A DNA stretch of 11,025 nt. It comes from an uncultured archaeon. Its GTDB lineage: Archaea; Asgardarchaeota; Lokiarchaeia; Sigyniarchaeales; SOKP01. The stretch spans positions 1-11,025 of the forward strand of contig CAZBPC010000101.1 of the NCBI GenBank assembly GCA_964493715.1. The letters are read 5' to 3'. A program made the position numbers and the translations under genes. This document shows, in pieces, positions 7,266-11,025 of the stretch. Position 1 is the stretch's first letter, and each line of letters begins with the position of its first letter. A model generated the notes under the pieces. The model saw only the letters and a program-made list of their open reading frames with translations, made no database searches and was not told the DNA's origin.

Positions 7266-7331
7266 ATAAAAGAAGAAAAGATATTTTTAGTTGGTTCTAT
7301 TCGATTTGAAGATTATTTCATTCAGATTGAA
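7266..7331 (+). pseudogene. Internal fragment of a homologue of the 10460..10843 gene
   Basis: IKEEKIFLVGSIRFEDYFIQIE versus IKEEKVFLVGSIRFKDIFIKIE (10523-10588), 18/22 identical; similarity is lost on both sides. Confidence 0.85.
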
Positions 7332-7369
7332 TATTTTTATGATCTTAGAGATATAATTTGATTAAAAGA

Positions 7370-7636
7370 TTATTCATTAAACATCAAATAATACTTGATT
7401 CCTTCATATTCATGCATGTCTATTAAATAAGAGAAAGTAAGCTTATTTAATGCCCCCTCAATGTATTTTTGTAAATAATCCAATATGTCAGAGTTTTGAA
7501 TATCTTTCTTGATTCTTTTTAATAAACTATCTGGAGTAAATGCTTTTCCTTTATTTAAATTTAGAAAATTAATGATAATCTCTTCAATATCTTTTATCAT
7601 ATTTACATAATCCAAGATCTTTTCCCAAACCTTCAA
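7370..7636 (-). CDS. Small hypothetical protein, possibly winged-helix fold
   Basis: 'IEEIIINFLNLNKGKAFTPDSLLKRI...IEGALNKL...LIDMHEYEGIKYYL' looks like helix/short strand/helix/helix/beta-wing. The start may be the ATG at 7600 rather than the TTG at 7636. Confidence 0.6.
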   Translation of the reverse strand: MKVWEKILDYVNMIKDIEEIIINFLNLNKGKAFTPDSLLKRIKKDIQNSDILDYLQKYIEGALNKLTFSYLIDMHEYEGIKYYLMFNE

Positions 7637-7653
7637 AATTATTTAAAAACTTC

Positions 7654-8559
7654 TTATAAAGCTTTGTATTTGTATATTATATTGTACACATCTTGGGCAA
7701 ATTTAGGTTGAAATTTAAAGATCTTTTTGGAATTAAATGTTAACAACCGAAATTTAACAACAATGCTCACATTAAAATTTACAACATCAAATTGAGGTGC
7801 AATCCGGAAGATATTCTTCTGGTTATATAAATCACATAATTCTGCAACTTTGTTAATCATCATTCGAAATCCCTTATAAGGGAAAGCCATTCTGAATGTA
7901 TAGTTGTATAACTTTGGATAGTACTTTTTCGAAAACGAATCATAAGCCTGTTTCAAATTATTTTCAAATTCCATTTTAGAATCCGAAATCTCATTATAAG
8001 CATCCTTGAATCCTGAATCTTGAGGTGCTAAGACCTTAGCTTTGAATTCTTCAAAAGTCTTCTTTTTCCCTAGTTTTATTGTATAATTTACAATTTTTGA
8101 AGAAATAACTTGAGCATTAGATTTTTCAATAATAATATTATCAAATGTCTCTAATTTCACCTTAGTTAAATTAATTGCTACTACTATTCCTTTATCTCCA
8201 TCAATTTTGACCAAATCTTCAACCTCAAATGGTCTCATTAACAATAAAAATATTCCCGATACAAAATTCGCGAATATACCGCTGGAAGCAAAAGCTATCG
8301 CCGTACTAATTGATCCTGTTAATATTGCAACGTAAGTAGGGTCAATTTGAGATATAATGGGAAAACCTCCAAGAATAAAAAACAATATAGTAAGAACCAT
8401 GACAATTTTTAGGGTAAAATTGATAATAATTTTTTGCTTCACCGGCATTTTTTTACTTTTCCCAAGAATAGATGAGATGAATTTATTTAATAGATAAAAT
8501 CCTGCTCCAATGATTAAAAGATATATTAATGCTTCTAAATCTGAATTAAATATAGCTAT
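7654..8559 (-). CDS. MscS-family mechanosensitive channel (301 aa if initiated at ATA 8559)
   Basis: 'IAFASSGIFANFVSGIFLLLMRPFEVEDLVKIDGDKGIVVAINL' is the MscS TM3 and middle beta domain. The frame is open upstream of ATG 8448 as far as 8571 and encodes an extra TM helix. SD GAGGTGA lies 7 nt before ATA 8559. The family call is firmer than the start position. Confidence 0.82.
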   Translation of the reverse strand: MAIFNSDLEALIYLLIIGAGFYLLNKFISSILGKSKKMPVKQKIIINFTLKIVMVLTILFFILGGFPIISQIDPTYVAILTGSISTAIAFASSGIFANFVSGIFLLLMRPFEVEDLVKIDGDKGIVVAINLTKVKLETFDNIIIEKSNAQVISSKIVNYTIKLGKKKTFEEFKAKVLAPQDSGFKDAYNEISDSKMEFENNLKQAYDSFSKKYYPKLYNYTFRMAFPYKGFRMMINKVAELCDLYNQKNIFRIAPQFDVVNFNVSIVVKFRLLTFNSKKIFKFQPKFAQDVYNIIYKYKAL

Positions 8560-8579
8560 TTTTGAGTCACCTCAAAAAT
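8558..8579 (-). promoter_or_regulatory. 9-bp hairpin with GUGA (GNRA) loop covering the SD and putative ATA start
   Basis: The mRNA reads AUUUUUGAG-GUGA-CUCAAAAAU, a perfect inverted repeat 10 nt downstream of the upstream mscS stop. Confidence 0.6.
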
Positions 8580-8589
8580 TATATCACAA

Positions 8590-9480
8590 TTAATTTTTAT
8601 CATTAGAATTCCATCCATAATTTATTTCATCTTCATAAATTTTAAAAAGAATATCTTTCATTAGAGGGTCCGTGTAGGTTAGGATTAATTTTGGATCCTC
8701 TGTAATAATTTGTATTGTAATACTTAACCGATTTATAATTGCATTGATTGTAGTATTAGCATAAAAATAAGGTTTAAACCCAAAAATTGGTTCATACTTG
8801 GTAAATATTGGGTCTAATAAATCTTTAAGTTTCTCTGAATCTACTGTACCTAATAGTTCGACTACTTTAACATAGCGAGTAATTTTTTTTTCACCAAGAA
8901 TTATTTTTCCAGCTCTTTTAATAAATTCCGAAATATCTAATTTCATTTCTTTTTTAATAGTTTTGTGAGTATAACGAACTACTGATGAATTAAAGGCATT
9001 TTTGTTAGGAATATAAGTTATAGATCCGTCAAAATCTTGTAATTTCAAGCTATTTAATGTAATCTCTTTTATCACTCCGTCAACTCCGTTTGTTTGAATT
9101 AAATCACCAACTTCAAAACCTTCTGATGATAAAAGCATTACTCCAGAGGCAATATTATATATTACAGTTTGAAAAGTTAAAGCTATAGCCATTACAAGAA
9201 AAGAAATAATTGCTACAACCAAAAGTGGTTCAATAGCAAAAATCAACAAAAATGGAAATATTAACCATATGATATTTATTATTACCATTATCATATATCG
9301 AACAATTATGTTTTTGATCAAACTGTGAAATATATCAATGAATATTGATCTTAAGACATAAGCAACAAGATTTAAAAGCACCAAATTCAATAATAAATAC
9401 TTAAAACCTATGTAAAAATAAATAAGTGCAAAAATTCCTAAAAATGATATCCATATTATAATGCTATATACCCTTTTCAT
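8590..9480 (-). CDS. MscS-family mechanosensitive channel
   Basis: Several N-terminal TM helices, then 'ALTFQTVIYNIASGVMLL...FEVGDLIQTNGVDGVIKEITLNSLKLQDFDGSITYIPN'. Confidence 0.88.
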   Translation of the reverse strand: MKRVYSIIIWISFLGIFALIYFYIGFKYLLLNLVLLNLVAYVLRSIFIDIFHSLIKNIIVRYMIMVIINIIWLIFPFLLIFAIEPLLVVAIISFLVMAIALTFQTVIYNIASGVMLLSSEGFEVGDLIQTNGVDGVIKEITLNSLKLQDFDGSITYIPNKNAFNSSVVRYTHKTIKKEMKLDISEFIKRAGKIILGEKKITRYVKVVELLGTVDSEKLKDLLDPIFTKYEPIFGFKPYFYANTTINAIINRLSITIQIITEDPKLILTYTDPLMKDILFKIYEDEINYGWNSNDKN

Positions 9481-9623
9481 AAGAAAACATTTGTCTCTAA
9501 AGCTTTATTATTTTACAAGCCTAATTTTATTTAAAAAAAATAAGGAATCTTATATATTAAAAGTTGGTCTAATAAATTAGTAATTGAAATCAATTTCATT
9601 GCTTGCCCATCCTAGAAACCAAT

Positions 9624-10421
9624 TTATGATGATAATCGATTTTTACAAAGTTCGATAGCTTTTGAATTATTGTCCACTCCTATCCATTTTCTATTTAATC
9701 TATTTGCTGCTATTAATGTTGTTCCAGAACCGCAAAAAAAGTCCGCTACTATATCACCTTCATTTGAAGACGCTAAAATTATTCTCTCTAATAACTTTTC
9801 AGGCTTTTGCGTGGGATAACCCGTATATTCTTTTGATCTTGTAGTAGTTTGAAAAGAAAATATGTCATTCCATACATCTCCTACCACTCTTCCTGGTTTT
9901 TCATCCAGATATTGCTTCCCATTTCGCCGTTTTCGATATCTCCTTCCATCAGGATCACTATACCGAAACATTTTCTTCACATATTCCTTGCGATAGGGTA
10001 CATACTGCTTATTGAAGGTAAAATTATCAGATTTAGTATAGTAAAGTATGGTATCGTGTTGACGTACCCAACTCTTTACTTGACTCTTGAATCCAGAAAC
10101 GCTTCCTACATTCCAAATTATTTCTCTTCTGAAATATTCACTACCAAATATCTCATCACACAAGGGTTTAAGAACAAAAATTGCACTTGCGTCACAATGT
10201 ATGTAAAAACTTCCAATCTCTTTTAAAACTCGGTGCATTTCAATAATTCTTTCTTTCATAAACTCCAAATATGTTTCTAATGATTTCCAAATATCCAAGA
10301 ATTCCTTATAATCAACTCCACTATAAAATGGGGGATCAATATAAATTAAATCGATAAAATTGGATTTAATAGATCTTAAAAATTCTAAATTATCAGCAAG
10401 GTATACCGTATTAAGTTTCAT
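9624..10421 (-). CDS. Beta-class amino (N6-adenine or N4-cytosine) DNA methyltransferase
   Basis: Motif IV 'IDLIYIDPPF' near the N-terminus, 'YPTQKPEKLLERII', and motif I 'DFFCGSGTT' near the C-terminus (beta order). Confidence 0.93.
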   Translation of the reverse strand: MKLNTVYLADNLEFLRSIKSNFIDLIYIDPPFYSGVDYKEFLDIWKSLETYLEFMKERIIEMHRVLKEIGSFYIHCDASAIFVLKPLCDEIFGSEYFRREIIWNVGSVSGFKSQVKSWVRQHDTILYYTKSDNFTFNKQYVPYRKEYVKKMFRYSDPDGRRYRKRRNGKQYLDEKPGRVVGDVWNDIFSFQTTTRSKEYTGYPTQKPEKLLERIILASSNEGDIVADFFCGSGTTLIAANRLNRKWIGVDNNSKAIELCKNRLSS

Positions 10422-10459
10422 GCGGTGATTAAATAATAATGGTGCTTTATTAACTTATT

Positions 10460-10843
10460 ATGAAAAAAGAACGATTAAATAAGAAGTTCTTGGACTTCTT
10501 TAAAAACCATGATTTTTCTTCCATTAAAGAAGAAAAGGTCTTTTTAGTAGGTTCAATTCGATTTAAAGATATTTTCATCAAGATTGAATCTATATTACAA
10601 ATTATCCATGGTAAACTAGTTGGAATTTGTTCTGTGGATGGATTGTTAAATAAGGAAAAATTTTCAGTAAAAGAATGGGACAAATTGCAACAAGTTGCTC
10701 TTAAGAAATTAGATTTTTATGACTCAATACTAGTTTTGGATGTTGATGGATATATCGGAGATCAATCTAAGGAAGAAATAGATTATTTTAAGTCTAACCT
10801 AAAGCGTCCGGTATATTGGTTATCAAAGTTGGTTAAAGAATAA
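10460..10843 (+). CDS. Hypothetical protein, probably nucleoside 2-deoxyribosyltransferase (NDT)-like/DUF4406-like Rossmannoid fold
   Basis: 'VFLVGSIRF...KKLDFYDSILVLDVDGYIGDQSKEEIDY...RPVYWL' resembles the 'CGS.RF...KI...D.I.V....GYIG.ST..EI.YA...K.V.YL' pattern I recall for small NDT-like proteins. Recognised from memory, not searched. Confidence 0.6.
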   Translation: MKKERLNKKFLDFFKNHDFSSIKEEKVFLVGSIRFKDIFIKIESILQIIHGKLVGICSVDGLLNKEKFSVKEWDKLQQVALKKLDFYDSILVLDVDGYIGDQSKEEIDYFKSNLKRPVYWLSKLVKE

Positions 10844-11025
10844 TTAAAAAACCCCCTCTTTTTAGTCTAATTCCTATTAAAAATCAATAATTCCCCAAAC
10901 TCACAATAATTTAAAGAGAATAAAGAGTTTTTTTCAATATTATAATTTCAAATTATTGAGTGAGCATAAGAAAGGTCATAATTCAAAATGGAAATGTTCC
11001 AAATACTTTGGGACGATCAGAAAAA

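Noticed and set aside
7173-7361. 62-aa ORF as a real gene
   Set aside because: Its first half is antisense to the methyltransferase relic, and only 22 codons match the 10460 gene. It is a chimeric remnant.
2022-10683. Antisense or overlapping short ORFs 2022..2213, 2689..2907, 3833..4063, 5334..5654, 6458..6874, 6777..7034, 9662..9844, 9849..10226 and 10450..10683
   Set aside because: They are shadows of well-supported genes on the opposite strand with no motifs. The resemblance between 5334..5654 and 6458..6874 simply mirrors the corrinoid gene duplication.
10956-11025. 5' end of a further plus-strand gene at the window edge
   Set aside because: All three frames are open to the edge (TTG 10956, GTG 10960, ATG 10988) and the stretch is too short to choose a frame or name a product.

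Overview
AT-rich prokaryotic DNA with archaeal-style signals (GGAGGTG/GAGGTGA Shine-Dalgarno motifs, TATA-like boxes, T-tract terminators). Composition and gene content suggest an Asgard archaeon such as Lokiarchaeia, but that is inference. The left part holds an aldo/keto reductase and a DUF308/HdeD-like membrane protein, each followed by a copy of a 16-bp repeat. The centre (2040-6861) is a corrinoid methyl-transfer cluster: two different UroD-fold methyltransferase-like proteins (one with the MtaA-type HxC...C Zn motif, one without), two ~74% identical B12-binding corrinoid proteins, a Cys-rich DUF2284-like protein and an ArsR-family regulator with a C-terminal Cys triad. The likely ArsR operators (ATAAGT-N4-ACTTAT units) are visible in the divergent intergenic region. 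The right part has a small putative winged-helix protein, two tandem MscS-family channels and a beta-class DNA methyltransferase set head-to-head with an NDT-fold-like protein. The second MscS gene appears to start at a non-canonical ATA hidden in a GNRA-capped hairpin. A collapsed, diverged relic of the methyltransferase/NDT-like pair lies at ~7027-7340. I found no rRNA, tRNA, CRISPR array or transposase.
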